64,000 nt of DNA from an uncultured Planctomycetaceae bacterium (GCA_964401385.1 CAYNYF010000007.1:3206-67205), one strand, 5' to 3'; positions 36,111 through 46,744 are shown, counted from the stretch's first letter. A program made the numbers and translations. Notes: generated by a model not told the origin, from the sequence alone.

Positions 36111-37537
36111 CGCCGGGCGGGGAACGGCCGGTCAAAAAGCTCTTGCATCACGCCGGGGATGTCCTCGCTGCGCAGGGGGCCTTGGATCCGGCCGGCGGTC
36201 GACATGATGAAGGTGGCCGAGTTCCGCCAGTTCAGCCCGCCGTGGGTCGAGGCCATCGTCACCGCCCCGGCGAAGAAGCCCGAGCCGTTGTAGTAGCGGT
36301 CGTCCAGGCTGACGATCACGTCCGGGACATTCTCCGCCCCGGCGAAGTGGGCCCGCCACAGCCGGTACAGGGCGTCGGGATACGGATGCCTGCCGTCGGA
36401 AGTGGCTTTCAGCAGCGACCTGCCGTCGACGCCGCCGGAAGCCAGCTCGGCGAGCTTCAGCGGGTCGCCCTCGATCGGGTCGTACTGGAAGGTCTCACCG
36501 TCGGCGGAGCGGATCCGCGCCTGCCCGTCGCGGCTGGCGACGACCACCGCGTCGCCCTCGGCGTAGCTGACCAGCTCGACGGCATCGGACTCCAGCAGAT
36601 CGGCGGCGAGCCTGGCTACGTTGCGGGCGTTGAAGGCCGCGTACGTCACCAAGCCGAACTTGACCATCGCCACGTCGTTGTCGCCGCGGACGCGGCCGAC
36701 CAGCCGCCAGCCCTTCTCTTTCAAGTGCTTCTCCAAGCCGGCGGGCTTGCAGGGGACGTTGGTCTGGCCGTGGTCGGCGAAGAAGGTGAACTTCACCAGG
36801 CCCCCGCTCTCGTACAGGATCTGAAGCGCCAGCCGCTGGCACTGGCGCAGGGCGTATAGCTGGCCTTCCTTTCCCATGCGCGAGCCCAGGCCGGCGGTGG
36901 AGACCAGATACGTCACCACCTCCATGCGGTCGCGCCGGTCCCACAGGCGCTTGATCTTGTCCAGCTCGACCCGGAACAGCCGCTTCGGGCGCAGATACAC
37001 CAGGGCGTCGTCCAGGGTCGGGCCGCGGTAGTCGATAATGCTCGCGAACGGCTCGTTCTTTCCGCCCAGGTAGTCCCCCGTCCCGCCGACAATTGTCTTC
37101 CTGCTGTGACTGTAGTACTTGGCCTCGTATCCGGCGCACGGCATGTAGCCGAAGGCGTCTTCCAGGGCCAGGTCGGTCATCACCGGATACGGGGGGATGA
37201 CCACGGCCGGAGGGTCGAACAGCCGGAGCTGGCCGGACTCGTAGAACTCCTTGACCACGTCGAAGGGGATTCCGTCCAGCACCACCACCAGGTGCCGGCA
37301 CCGCCGCGGGTCGAGGGCGCGGAGGTGGACGATCCGATCGGGCTGGCCGTCGCCGTCGCGGTCGTATCCGATGCGGTCGATCCTTCCGGACTGATCGAAC
37401 AGGCAGAAGAAGTCCGCCGCCGAGTCACCGTCGGTGTCGTAGCCGGCGAGGGCGGGACTCGTCACGATCGGCTCTTCCGGAAACGTCACCGCCCCCCCGC
37501 AGCCGTGCAGCAGAAACGAAATGATCGGAAGTCCCAT
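36107..37537 (-). CDS. alkaline phosphatase superfamily lipoprotein (type I phosphodiesterase / nucleotide pyrophosphatase-like)
   Basis: Lipobox LLHGCGG after the Met at 37537. Metal-ligand-like motifs FFADHGQTN and ASTHGGLN. Its stop overlaps the paralog-2 stop (TTAG). Confidence 0.75.
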   Translation of the reverse strand: MGLPIISFLLHGCGGAVTFPEEPIVTSPALAGYDTDGDSAADFFCLFDQSGRIDRIGYDRDGDGQPDRIVHLRALDPRRCRHLVVVLDGIPFDVVKEFYESGQLRLFDPPAVVIPPYPVMTDLALEDAFGYMPCAGYEAKYYSHSRKTIVGGTGDYLGGKNEPFASIIDYRGPTLDDALVYLRPKRLFRVELDKIKRLWDRRDRMEVVTYLVSTAGLGSRMGKEGQLYALRQCQRLALQILYESGGLVKFTFFADHGQTNVPCKPAGLEKHLKEKGWRLVGRVRGDNDVAMVKFGLVTYAAFNARNVARLAADLLESDAVELVSYAEGDAVVVASRDGQARIRSADGETFQYDPIEGDPLKLAELASGGVDGRSLLKATSDGRHPYPDALYRLWRAHFAGAENVPDVIVSLDDRYYNGSGFFAGAVTMASTHGGLNWRNSATFIMSTAGRIQGPLRSEDIPGVMQELFDRPFPARR

Positions 37538-37768
37538 CAGCACCCATCCCTTCCATCGAAGCCTCCGAACGGGCCGGCTCCCGCCAGAAACGATCTTGTC
37601 GGCCCTTCCGGCCGGGCCAGCCGGGCGGGCCTCAGGCCGCGATGTCCTGCCGTTACGCATCGGGAGCGTCTCCTCTCCTGAAAGTTCGCCGGATCATCCT
37701 ACCTGCCGCCGCAACCCGTGGCAAAATCATCTTCCCAGCGGTCCGGCCCGCCTGTATTTGTATTCGCC

Positions 37769-39067
37769 ATGAAGGCTTTAGTCTACGGTGTCAACCCCGT
37801 CGGCTGGGCGACCTGCCTGTGGTTGAAGCACCTCTGGCGCGGATGCGTGCTGAGCCGGCTGAACGGGCTGCGTCTGCGAGAGCTGCCCGTTCCGCCGCTT
37901 CCCGCCGACGACTGGGTCCGCTGCCGGACCGTCCTGGGCGGCATCTGCGGCTCGGACTTGGCCATCCTGATGCAGCGGCAGCCGCCGAACTCCTTCCTGC
38001 AATCGTTCACCACGCTGCCGGCGACGCTGGGGCACGAGAACGTCGCCGTGGTCGAGCAGGTCGGCCCGGGGGCGGATTCGCACTGGTTGGGCAAGCGCGT
38101 CTGCGTCGATCCGGGCTTGCCCTGCCGCGCTCGCGGGATCGACCCGCCCTGCCAAGCCTGTGCGGCCGGGCGTTTCGGCGCCTGCGAGAATTTCTCCGCC
38201 GACGGGGACGGGGCATCGGCCCTTCCGCCGGGCACGTCTTTGGGCTACTGCGGGCCGGTGGGCGGCTCGTGGAGCAAGTGGTTCGTCGCCCACGTCTCCC
38301 AGTTGGTGGAGGTGCCGCCGGGGCTGACCGACGAGCAGGCCGTCCTCACCGACCCGTTGGCGTGCAGCGTCCACGCCGTCAACAGGGCCGACGTGTCGGC
38401 CGCCGAGAAGGTGCTGGTCTACGGCGCCGGCGTGCTGGGGCTGGGCGTGGTCTGGGCGCTGCGGGCGATGGGCTACCGCGGCGGCATCGACGTCATCGCC
38501 CGCCACCGGCACCAGGCGGAGCTGGCCCGGCGATTCGGCGCAAGTGAAGCGCTCCAACTTCCCCGCCGCCCCCGTGAGCGGTTCGAGGGGATTTCCCGGC
38601 GCACGGGCGGGCGCGTGGTGCGAGCGCGATTCGGCAATTACATGCTCTCGGGCGGCTACGACCTGGTCTTCGAGTGCGTCGGCAGCGGGGATGCCATCGA
38701 GGAGGTCCTGAAATGGGCCAGGTCCGGCGGGCAGGTCGTTATGGTCGGCACGGGCCACGGCCGCGGGGCGGACATGACGCCCGTCTGGTTCAGCGAGCTG
38801 AACGTAGTTGGCTCCTGCGGCCGCGGGGAGGAGGACCGCCAGGGACGAAAGCTCCACACCTACCGCCTGGTCCAGGAGCTGATGCTCTCCGGCGCCGCGG
38901 ACGTCAGTTGCCTGCTGACGCACACCTTTGACCTGTCGCAGTACAAGCGCGCCTTGACGGCCGCCATCGACAAGGGCGCCCACCGGTCCGTCAAGGTGGC
39001 GTTTCGGTTTGGTGCCGCCGGCGCCGCCGGGCAGGGCTCCGGGTCGGGAAAGGGACAGGGCACGTGA
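37769..39067 (+). CDS. zinc-dependent medium-chain dehydrogenase/reductase (alcohol dehydrogenase family)
   Basis: Catalytic Zn motif GICGSD...GHE. Structural Zn Cys cluster (CRARGIDPPCQACAAGRFGAC). Rossmann VYGAGVLG. Start at MKALVYG (37769). Confidence 0.75.
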   Translation: MKALVYGVNPVGWATCLWLKHLWRGCVLSRLNGLRLRELPVPPLPADDWVRCRTVLGGICGSDLAILMQRQPPNSFLQSFTTLPATLGHENVAVVEQVGPGADSHWLGKRVCVDPGLPCRARGIDPPCQACAAGRFGACENFSADGDGASALPPGTSLGYCGPVGGSWSKWFVAHVSQLVEVPPGLTDEQAVLTDPLACSVHAVNRADVSAAEKVLVYGAGVLGLGVVWALRAMGYRGGIDVIARHRHQAELARRFGASEALQLPRRPRERFEGISRRTGGRVVRARFGNYMLSGGYDLVFECVGSGDAIEEVLKWARSGGQVVMVGTGHGRGADMTPVWFSELNVVGSCGRGEEDRQGRKLHTYRLVQELMLSGAADVSCLLTHTFDLSQYKRALTAAIDKGAHRSVKVAFRFGAAGAAGQGSGSGKGQGT

Positions 39068-40176
39068 GCCCCGCCGAGCGAATGTGGGCGGCCGTCCGGG
39101 GCGAGCCGGCCGATCGGCTCCCGTTCGCCACCTACAACTGTCACGGGTTTTCCTGGGGCGGGCACGCCGCCTGCCCGGAGTACGCCCCGATACTGGAGGC
39201 GATTCGGCGCACCGGCGCGGGAATGCTCTGCAAGCTCCGGGCAAGACGCGCCGGCGGCATGCCGGCCCCGCAAGTGGCCCGCGCGGTCGAGGGCGACCAG
39301 GAGCTGACCACGGAGACCCTGGCGACTCCAGGAGGCACCCTGCGCCGCGTGTTCCGCAATCGCCGCGGGCAGCCCGCCCGGTGCGTCGAGCACTACCTCA
39401 AGACCGACGCGGACGTCGAGAGTTTCCTCTCGCTGCGGCCGGAGCCGGTTCGCTGGGAGATCGACGAGCTGCTGGCGATGGTGGGCGAGATCGGCCGGGC
39501 CGGGGTGGCGTACCTGGACTATCGCGACCCGTTCGGCAGCGTCGCCGGCCTCTTCGACCAGGAGGATTTCCTGATCCGCATTCACACCGACCCGGCCCCG
39601 GTCATGGCGCTGATCGAGCGCGCATTCAGGACAACCCGCGACGAGCTGCACGCCCTGCTGGAGGTGCTTTCCGGGCCGCGCCCCAACGTGCTCTTCTACA
39701 CCTGCGGGCCGGAGTGGGCCACGCCGCCGCTGATGCGCCCGGAACTGTTCGCCAGGGTCGTCACGCCGTACCAATCGCCGCTGGTGGCGATGATCCACGA
39801 GCATGGCTTCCCCGTATCGCTGCACTGCCACGGGCGGGTGCGGCTGGCCCTGCCGGAGATCCTCAAGTGCCGCTTCGACGTGCTGGAGCCCATCGAGCCG
39901 CCGTCACAGGGAGACATCGACCTGGGCGAGCTTCGCGCGGCCGTCGGCGACCAAATGGCGCTGATGGGCTACGTCCAGGACCAGGACTTCTTCACGGCCA
40001 CGCCGCAGCGGATGCGAGACCATGTCGCCCGCATCGTCGCCGCCATCGGGCGGGGGGCAGCGGCGAGGCGATACATCGCCACGCCCACGTGCACGCCGTT
40101 CGCCTTTCCCCCGCCGCCGCAGTACGTGGCCAACTACGTGGCCTTCCTGGAAGCGGCGGCCGAGCTTGGCGCGTAG
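39064..40176 (+). CDS. uroporphyrinogen decarboxylase (URO-D)-like / MtaA-CmuA-type family protein
   Basis: 370-aa ORF with GTG start overlapping the upstream stop. TIM-barrel URO-D-like composition (conserved-looking HCHG, DVLEPIEP segments). Confidence 0.6.
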   Translation: MSPAERMWAAVRGEPADRLPFATYNCHGFSWGGHAACPEYAPILEAIRRTGAGMLCKLRARRAGGMPAPQVARAVEGDQELTTETLATPGGTLRRVFRNRRGQPARCVEHYLKTDADVESFLSLRPEPVRWEIDELLAMVGEIGRAGVAYLDYRDPFGSVAGLFDQEDFLIRIHTDPAPVMALIERAFRTTRDELHALLEVLSGPRPNVLFYTCGPEWATPPLMRPELFARVVTPYQSPLVAMIHEHGFPVSLHCHGRVRLALPEILKCRFDVLEPIEPPSQGDIDLGELRAAVGDQMALMGYVQDQDFFTATPQRMRDHVARIVAAIGRGAAARRYIATPTCTPFAFPPPPQYVANYVAFLEAAAELGA

Positions 40177-40248
40177 AGCCGGATCGGACATACTGATGGA
40201 CCTGGAGCGTCCCGGCTTTCGGCCGAGCGGACGAAAACGAGGACTAGA

Positions 40249-40764
40249 ATGACTCAGGCAAAGCCCCTCGTCGGCGTGTTGATGGGATCCGACAGTGATT
40301 GGGCGGTCATGCAGCGAGGCGTCGAGCAGCTCGGACATTTCGGCATCGAATGCGAAGCCCGGGTGCTCAGCGCGCACCGCAGCCCGGGGGCAGTGGACGA
40401 GTACGCCGCCTCCGCGGCCGACCGCGGCATCCGGGTCATCATTGCCGCCGCCGGCATGAGCGCCGCCCTGGCCGGGGCGGTGGCGGCGCGGACGCAACTG
40501 CCGGTAATCGGCGTGGCGGTTTCCTCCGGCCCGCTGGCGGGCGTCGACGCCCTGGTTTCGACGGTTCAGATGCCGCCCGGCGTGCCGGTCGGATGCACCG
40601 GACTGGACGCGGCCGGCGCGATCAACGCCGCCATCTACGCCGCCGAGATCCTTGCCCTTTCCGACGCTTCCCTGGCCGAGAAGCTCAAGCAGCACAAGTC
40701 CGCCCAGGCCGAAAAGACCCTGGAAAAGGACCGGAAGCTTCAGGAAAAGCCGGGCACCGGCTGA
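40249..40764 (+). CDS. purE: N5-carboxyaminoimidazole ribonucleotide mutase
   Basis: VGVLMGSDSDW...SAHRSP...VIIAAAGMSAALAGAVAARTQLPVIGV... is the canonical PurE sequence. Confidence 0.9.
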   Translation: MTQAKPLVGVLMGSDSDWAVMQRGVEQLGHFGIECEARVLSAHRSPGAVDEYAASAADRGIRVIIAAAGMSAALAGAVAARTQLPVIGVAVSSGPLAGVDALVSTVQMPPGVPVGCTGLDAAGAINAAIYAAEILALSDASLAEKLKQHKSAQAEKTLEKDRKLQEKPGTG

Positions 40765-40860
40765 AAAACTTTCAGAAAATACTGGCCTGCCGCATCTTGG
40801 AGGTTAGTATTCTCGCCCCGATGGGCACCGGCTGCGGCTGCGGCGGTCCGGCGGCGACCC

Positions 40861-43173
40861 ATGAGTAACAGGCTGGTGATGTCTGTCCGCCGTTCGGCAT
40901 TACTAAACCGCCAACTCCCAGAGGAGCTGGCTGAGCTCTTGCGGCAGGAGGGAGTCGATCCTTCAAAGGCTTGGCTGTCCGCCGAGGCCGATCTGAACCT
41001 CTCCGGCGCATACGAGCGGGTCTTCCTGCTGGCCGAGTCGGATCGGCTGCTCACCGTCGCCCACCCGCGGGATGGATTTCCCAGGCCGATCCGCCTGGAC
41101 ATCCCCCGCCAGGCCCTCAAGGAAATCCGCACCCGCCGGGGCGTCGGCGGGGGGTTCCTGGAAGCCCTGGTCGAGGGCATCTACGTCGAGATCCTGGCCT
41201 ATTCCAACGCCCAGGCGGACACCTTTCACAAGGTCTCCAAGAAACTCCAGGACTGGCTGGCCGGCAAGGAGGCTTCCACCGGTCCGGAGGACGACTACGA
41301 CCCGCGCAAGTGCCCCATCTGCGGCATGACCCTGCGCTTCAAGGGCGACACCTGCCCGCGGTGCGTGGATCGCGGCGCGATCTTGACGCGGGTGCTGCGG
41401 CTGATGAAGCCCTACACCGGTTGGGCGATCCTGATGTTCGCCCTGCTGATGGTCGTCGTCGCCCTGCAAATGATTCCCCCTCGCCTTCAGAAGCTGCTGG
41501 TGGACAAGGCCCTGCTGACCCCGGCAGAGCCGATCCCCCTGGCCACGCGAGAGATGTGGCTGTTCTGGCTGGTGCTGGCGTGGCTGGGCGTGCGCGTGCT
41601 GGCGAGCATCGGCCGCATGGTCAACGGGCGGCTGTCCAGCTTCGTCGCCACGCAGATCACCCACGACATGCGCAACTCCGTGCTGAGCCGGCTGACCAAC
41701 CTGAGCGTGAACTACCACGACAATAACAGCGTCGGCCGGCTCATCAGCCGGGTCAGCTACGACACGGAGGTCTTCGGACAGTTCGTCCGCCAGGTCACCC
41801 AGGGCTTCCTCGCGCAGATCGTCATGCTCACCGTCACCGGGGTGATGCTGTTCAGCATCTCCTGGAAGCTGGCGATGTGGACGCTGCTGCCGGCCCCGTT
41901 CGTTCTGCTGGCCAGCTCCTTCTACTGGCGCAGGCTATATCCGCGCTACCACCGGGTGTGGGACTCGCGCAGCCGGATGACCGGCTCGCTCAGCTCGATC
42001 CTCTCCGGCATCCGCGTGGTCAAGGCCTTCGGGCAGGAGCACAGGGAGCAGCAGCGATTCAGCCGCTCCAGTGGGTATTACCGCAACTCCTCCCGGAACG
42101 TGGCGTACGCCACCAGCATCTTCAACCCCTCCATGGCGTTTCTGTTCCAGGTCGGCGGGCTGGTCGCCTGGTACGTCGGCGGCGGGGAAATCATCCGGCA
42201 GGAGGGGCTCACGCTGGGCGGCCTGGTGGGCTTCTCGGCCTACCTGGGCATGTTCTACGCACCGCTGACGAACCTGACGCAACTGACCGACTGGCTGACG
42301 CGCTTCTTCACCGCCTCGCAGAGGACGTTCGAAATCATCGACACCGCGCCAGAGATCGTCGAGTCGGAAAACCCCAAGCCGCTGCCGGCGCCCCGCGGCG
42401 GCGTGGTCTTCGAGAACGTCACCTTCGGCTACAGCCGTCACGACCCGGTGATCAAGAACGTCTCCTTCGAGATCCGCCCCGGCGAGTACGTCGGCATCGT
42501 CGGCAAGAGCGGCTCGGGCAAGACCACGCTGGTCAACCTGCTGGCCCGCTTCTACGACGTGGATGAGGGGCGGGTGCTCATCGACGGCGTGGACGTGCGC
42601 GAGCTGGACATCGAGGACGTGCGCAAGAGCATCGGCGTGGTTCTCCAGGAGCCTTTCCTGTTCCGCGGCACGATCTACGCGAACATCACCTACGGCCGGC
42701 GGGAGGCCACGCCCGAGCAGGTGATCGCCGCCGCCAAGGTCGCCAACTCCCACGACTTCATCTTGCGCCAGCCGCTCGGCTACGACACCTGGGTCGGCGA
42801 GCGCGGAGCGGGGCTTTCCGGCGGCGAAAAGCAGAGGGTCTCCATCGCCCGGGCGCTGCTGTACGACCCGAAGATCCTCGTCCTCGACGAGGCCACCAGC
42901 AACGTCGACACCGAGAGCGAGCAGCTCATCCAGAAGGCCCTGGGGCGGGTCACGACCGGGCGAACCACCATCGCCATCGCCCATCGCCTCAGCACGCTGA
43001 AAAGCGCAAACCACATCCTCGTCGTGGACGGCGGGCAAATCGTCGAGCAAGGCAGCCATGAGGAACTCATGGAACGGGGGGGACTGTACCACCGCCTGGT
43101 GAAGATCCAGACGGAGCTTTCCCGCGAGCCCACGGTGGACCGCCTGGCCGAAGAGGACCGGCGAAAGAAATGA
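40861..43173 (+). CDS. ABC transporter permease/ATP-binding protein (type I exporter) with about 190-aa N-terminal cytoplasmic extension containing a zinc ribbon
   Basis: CPICGMTLRFKGDTCPRC before six TM helices. Walker A GKSGSGKTT. Signature LSGGEKQR. Walker B ILVLDEATS. H-loop IAHRLST. Confidence 0.85.
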   Translation: MSNRLVMSVRRSALLNRQLPEELAELLRQEGVDPSKAWLSAEADLNLSGAYERVFLLAESDRLLTVAHPRDGFPRPIRLDIPRQALKEIRTRRGVGGGFLEALVEGIYVEILAYSNAQADTFHKVSKKLQDWLAGKEASTGPEDDYDPRKCPICGMTLRFKGDTCPRCVDRGAILTRVLRLMKPYTGWAILMFALLMVVVALQMIPPRLQKLLVDKALLTPAEPIPLATREMWLFWLVLAWLGVRVLASIGRMVNGRLSSFVATQITHDMRNSVLSRLTNLSVNYHDNNSVGRLISRVSYDTEVFGQFVRQVTQGFLAQIVMLTVTGVMLFSISWKLAMWTLLPAPFVLLASSFYWRRLYPRYHRVWDSRSRMTGSLSSILSGIRVVKAFGQEHREQQRFSRSSGYYRNSSRNVAYATSIFNPSMAFLFQVGGLVAWYVGGGEIIRQEGLTLGGLVGFSAYLGMFYAPLTNLTQLTDWLTRFFTASQRTFEIIDTAPEIVESENPKPLPAPRGGVVFENVTFGYSRHDPVIKNVSFEIRPGEYVGIVGKSGSGKTTLVNLLARFYDVDEGRVLIDGVDVRELDIEDVRKSIGVVLQEPFLFRGTIYANITYGRREATPEQVIAAAKVANSHDFILRQPLGYDTWVGERGAGLSGGEKQRVSIARALLYDPKILVLDEATSNVDTESEQLIQKALGRVTTGRTTIAIAHRLSTLKSANHILVVDGGQIVEQGSHEELMERGGLYHRLVKIQTELSREPTVDRLAEEDRRKK

Positions 43174-43721
43174 CCGAGCCCAACCAAAATCCCGACGCCG
43201 GCACGCCCGACCCGACGCAGGTGCGCTTCCTCACGCCGGAACTCTGCCGCATCCACCTCGGCAGCCACGGCGCCCTGCACGTGACCGTCAAGGACGAGCG
43301 AATCTACGGCGGCGTCTACGCGGTCCATGGCTTTCCCGTCGGCTACCCCCAGGGGTACATCTCGCTGATCTACACCGGCGGCGAAGCCGGCGACATTGAA
43401 ATCGGAATCATCCGCGACCTGGGCGAGTTCCCGCCGGACGACGCCGAGCTGATCCGCGAGGCCCTGCGCCGCCGGTTCTTCGTCCACACCATCACCAGGA
43501 TCCGCCACATCGGATGGAAGTACGGCTACATCAACATGGAGGTGGACACCGACAAGGGGCCGGTGAGCTTCATGATGCGAGGGCGGCACAACAACGCCGT
43601 GGATTTCGGCCCAAAGGGAAAGGTCCTCATCGACGTCGACGACAACCGCTACCTCATCCCCGACGTGGAACAACTCCCCACCCGACAGAAGCACGACTTC
43701 CGGCGCTACATCTACTGGTGA
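43170..43721 (+). CDS. DUF1854-like protein translationally coupled to the ABC exporter
   Basis: 183-aa ORF overlapping the ABC gene stop (ATGA). DUF1854-family proteins characteristically sit next to ABC ATPase genes. The family assignment is from memory. Confidence 0.55.
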   Translation: MTEPNQNPDAGTPDPTQVRFLTPELCRIHLGSHGALHVTVKDERIYGGVYAVHGFPVGYPQGYISLIYTGGEAGDIEIGIIRDLGEFPPDDAELIREALRRRFFVHTITRIRHIGWKYGYINMEVDTDKGPVSFMMRGRHNNAVDFGPKGKVLIDVDDNRYLIPDVEQLPTRQKHDFRRYIYW

Positions 43722-43831
43722 CACAAGCTCGTGGATCGGTTAATCAGTGGATCGCCGCCCGCCTCTGGCAGGGGCTCTGGCCGCGCCGCAACAGGCAAGA
43801 GGGTCCAGCCCGTCGAGACCGGCCGGAAGTG

Positions 43832-46744
43832 ATGCAAAGGAGCATCGTCACGATGGACGAAAGCAGGAGCATTCAGTTGCGGCGCGACCTGGCAAATCTC
43901 ACCTCCCGCAGGAGCCACATGGCCGAGAGGTTCCTGGCCGAGATGGAATTCGCCGAGGCCCTTGCCAGGTTGCAGCCCCGCAAGGCCGCCGCCTGGGAAA
44001 AGCTGATGGACCGGGCCTGGCGGACGGTGGCCGAGGCCGTCGCCTCCGGGCGGCTCAACCGCCTCAACAAGGCGGTGCGTACGGCCGAGGAGACCCTCGC
44101 CCCTCTCGGCGAGGCCGCCAAGACCTACACCGTCCACTGCGTCGGGCACGCCCACATCGACATGAACTGGATGTGGTCTTGGCCGGAAACCGTCGCCGTC
44201 ACTAACGACACGTTCGTCACCGTGCTGAAGCTGATGGAGGAGTTCCCGGAGTTCTGCTTCTCCCAGAGCCAAGCCTCCGTCTACGCCATTGTGTGCGACT
44301 ACGCCCCGGAGCTGCTGGAGCCCATTCGCCGCCGCGTGGCCGAGGGCCGCTGGGAGGTCACGGCCGTGCACTGGGTGGAGGGCGACAAGAACCTCGCCTG
44401 CGGCGAAAGCCTCGCCCGCCACATGCTCTACGCCCGGCGCTCCATGAAGGAGCTGTTCGCCCTGGAGCCCGAGGACGTGCCGCTGGACTGGGAGTGCGAC
44501 ACGTTCGGCCACGCCCATACGATCCCGACGATCATCACGGGCGGGGCGGCGCGCAGGTACTACATGTGCCGGGCGGGCATGCCGGAGAGGCCGCCGGTGT
44601 TCTGGTGGCAGGGGCCCGACGGGGCGCGCGTCCTGGTCTACTTCGACCGAACCGGCTACAACGGGCAGATCGACCCGCAGGTCATCGGGCACATGATCGA
44701 CTTCTGCGCCAAGACCGGCATCAACGACTACATGTGGGTCTACGGCGTGGGCGATCACGGCGGCGGCCCCACCCGGCGCGACATCCTGCGGGCGCGCGAG
44801 ATGAACTCCTGGCCGATCTGGCCGAACTTCCGCCTGGGCACCGCCGGCAAGTTTTACGAGATCCTGGAGGCCCGCGGGCGGAAGTGGCCGGTGCTGGACG
44901 AGGAGATCAATTTCGAGTTCACCGGCTGCTACACCAGTCAGTCGGCGATCAAGCAGGCCAACCGGCTCGGCGAGAACTACTGCCTCGAGGCCGAGTCCGC
45001 CGCCGCCCTCGCCCTCAGCGCCGTCGGACGCGACTACCCCGCCGAGGCCCTGCGCCAGGCCTGGGTGGACGTCCTGTTCGGGCAGTTCCACGACATCCTG
45101 CCGGGCTCGGGGGTGCACTGGACCCGACAGTATCAGGTGGGGCTCTTCCAGAAGGTCGCGGCCGCCACCAGCATGATCAAGACCCACTCGTACCGCGCCC
45201 TGGCGGCGGCGGTGGACACCTCCTTCGCCCAGGCCGAGCTGCCCGCGCCCCCGCCGGGCCGGGAGAGCACGGCCATGGGCGCCGGCGCCGGTCGCGGCGC
45301 CATGGTCGGGGGGCTCTCCCAGGCCGCCCACGTCAGCGACGGCCCCCGGCCGCTGGTCATCTTCAATCCGACGGCGTGGCAGCGGAGGGAAGTGGTCCAG
45401 GCGACGGTATGGGACGTGGACGACGGCCGCTCGCCCGGCCGGACCGGCGGCAAGAGCTTCGTCGTCCGCGGGCGCGACGGCAAGGTCATCGGCGCCCAGA
45501 GAATCGGCGCCGGCGACTACTGGGGGCACAAGTTCGTGGAGCTGGCCTTCCCCGCCGCCGTGGACGCCCTCGGCCACGCCGCCTATGCCGTCGAGACCGG
45601 ATCGGCCGGAGACGTGACCGGCGCCGTCAGCACCTACGAGGTGCCCATCCGCCACGAGCCGCACGCCCCGACCGCCCCGGCCATGGCTAACGAACTGCTG
45701 GCCGTGGAGTTCGACTCCCTCACCGGCGGCGTGGTGAAGCTGCTGGACAAGACCACCGGAAAGGACCTGGCCGACAAGGCAAGCCCGCTGGGCGTGCTGG
45801 AATACATCCTGGAACGGCCGAGGGGGATGTCGGCCTGGACGATCAGCCAGACGCAGACGCGGCTGTACCCGCTGGCGGTTCAGAGCCTTCAATGGGTCCA
45901 GCGGGGCCCGCGCGTGGCCAGCCTCGCCGCCAGGGCGAGGGTGCGGTCCTCCGACGTGACCGTGACCTATACGCTCAAGGCCGGCCAGCCGTGGCTGGAG
46001 ATCACCGTCGAAACCATGTGGCTCGAGCGCGGCGATCGCAGCATCGGCACGCCCTCGCTGCGAATGCGCTTTCCCCTGGCCCTGTCGCAGGCGAAGGGGC
46101 GCTACGAGATTCCGTTCGGCTCGATCGAGCGCGACCTCATCGCCGGGCAGGAGGTGCCCGCCCTGCGCTGGGCCGACGTGGTCGGAAACAACGGTCCGCA
46201 GACGGCCGGCTGCGCCCTCCTCAACGACAGCAAGTACGGGCACTCGCTGGAGGGATCGACCCTCCGGCTGACGCTCATCCGCTCCAGCTACGAGCCCGAC
46301 CCGCTGCCGGAGATTCGCGAGCACACCATTCGCATGGCGGTGCTCCCGCACGGCAAGCCCCTGCCGACCGGCGACCTCGTGCGGCTGGGGGCGAGCTTCA
46401 ACCACCCGCTCCAGGTCGTCAGCACCGACGCTCACAAGGGCCGCCTGCCGGCGGCGGGTGCGGCGGTTTCGTCCATCCGGCCGGCCAACATCGTCCTCTC
46501 GTCGGTCAAGAAGGCCGAGGCAGACGACGCCGTGGTCTTCCGGCTGTACGAAACCGACGGCCGGGCCGCCAACGCCAGGGTGGTCGTGGACGAAACCCTG
46601 TGGGGAAGGCCCGCGGAGGCCGTGCAGGTCGACCTGCTCGAAAGACCGGTGAAGAATTCAACGGCCAAGGCGGGCAAGAACGCCTTCAGCGTGGCCGTCC
46701 CCGCCCACGGGATCGCGAGTGTGAAGGTGCACTTCGAGCGATAG
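43832..46744 (+). CDS. glycoside hydrolase family 38 alpha-mannosidase
   Basis: GH38 N-terminal metal-binding motif CVGHAHIDMNWMW. Length about 970 aa. Start taken at MQRSIVTMD (43832). Later Met codons are possible. Confidence 0.8.
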   Translation: MQRSIVTMDESRSIQLRRDLANLTSRRSHMAERFLAEMEFAEALARLQPRKAAAWEKLMDRAWRTVAEAVASGRLNRLNKAVRTAEETLAPLGEAAKTYTVHCVGHAHIDMNWMWSWPETVAVTNDTFVTVLKLMEEFPEFCFSQSQASVYAIVCDYAPELLEPIRRRVAEGRWEVTAVHWVEGDKNLACGESLARHMLYARRSMKELFALEPEDVPLDWECDTFGHAHTIPTIITGGAARRYYMCRAGMPERPPVFWWQGPDGARVLVYFDRTGYNGQIDPQVIGHMIDFCAKTGINDYMWVYGVGDHGGGPTRRDILRAREMNSWPIWPNFRLGTAGKFYEILEARGRKWPVLDEEINFEFTGCYTSQSAIKQANRLGENYCLEAESAAALALSAVGRDYPAEALRQAWVDVLFGQFHDILPGSGVHWTRQYQVGLFQKVAAATSMIKTHSYRALAAAVDTSFAQAELPAPPPGRESTAMGAGAGRGAMVGGLSQAAHVSDGPRPLVIFNPTAWQRREVVQATVWDVDDGRSPGRTGGKSFVVRGRDGKVIGAQRIGAGDYWGHKFVELAFPAAVDALGHAAYAVETGSAGDVTGAVSTYEVPIRHEPHAPTAPAMANELLAVEFDSLTGGVVKLLDKTTGKDLADKASPLGVLEYILERPRGMSAWTISQTQTRLYPLAVQSLQWVQRGPRVASLAARARVRSSDVTVTYTLKAGQPWLEITVETMWLERGDRSIGTPSLRMRFPLALSQAKGRYEIPFGSIERDLIAGQEVPALRWADVVGNNGPQTAGCALLNDSKYGHSLEGSTLRLTLIRSSYEPDPLPEIREHTIRMAVLPHGKPLPTGDLVRLGASFNHPLQVVSTDAHKGRLPAAGAAVSSIRPANIVLSSVKKAEADDAVVFRLYETDGRAANARVVVDETLWGRPAEAVQVDLLERPVKNSTAKAGKNAFSVAVPAHGIASVKVHFER

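Noticed and set aside
43712-46435. 907-aa antisense ORF opposite the GH38 mannosidase
   Set aside because: No motifs and G/A/R/P bias. The sense strand encodes the GH38 metal-binding signature.
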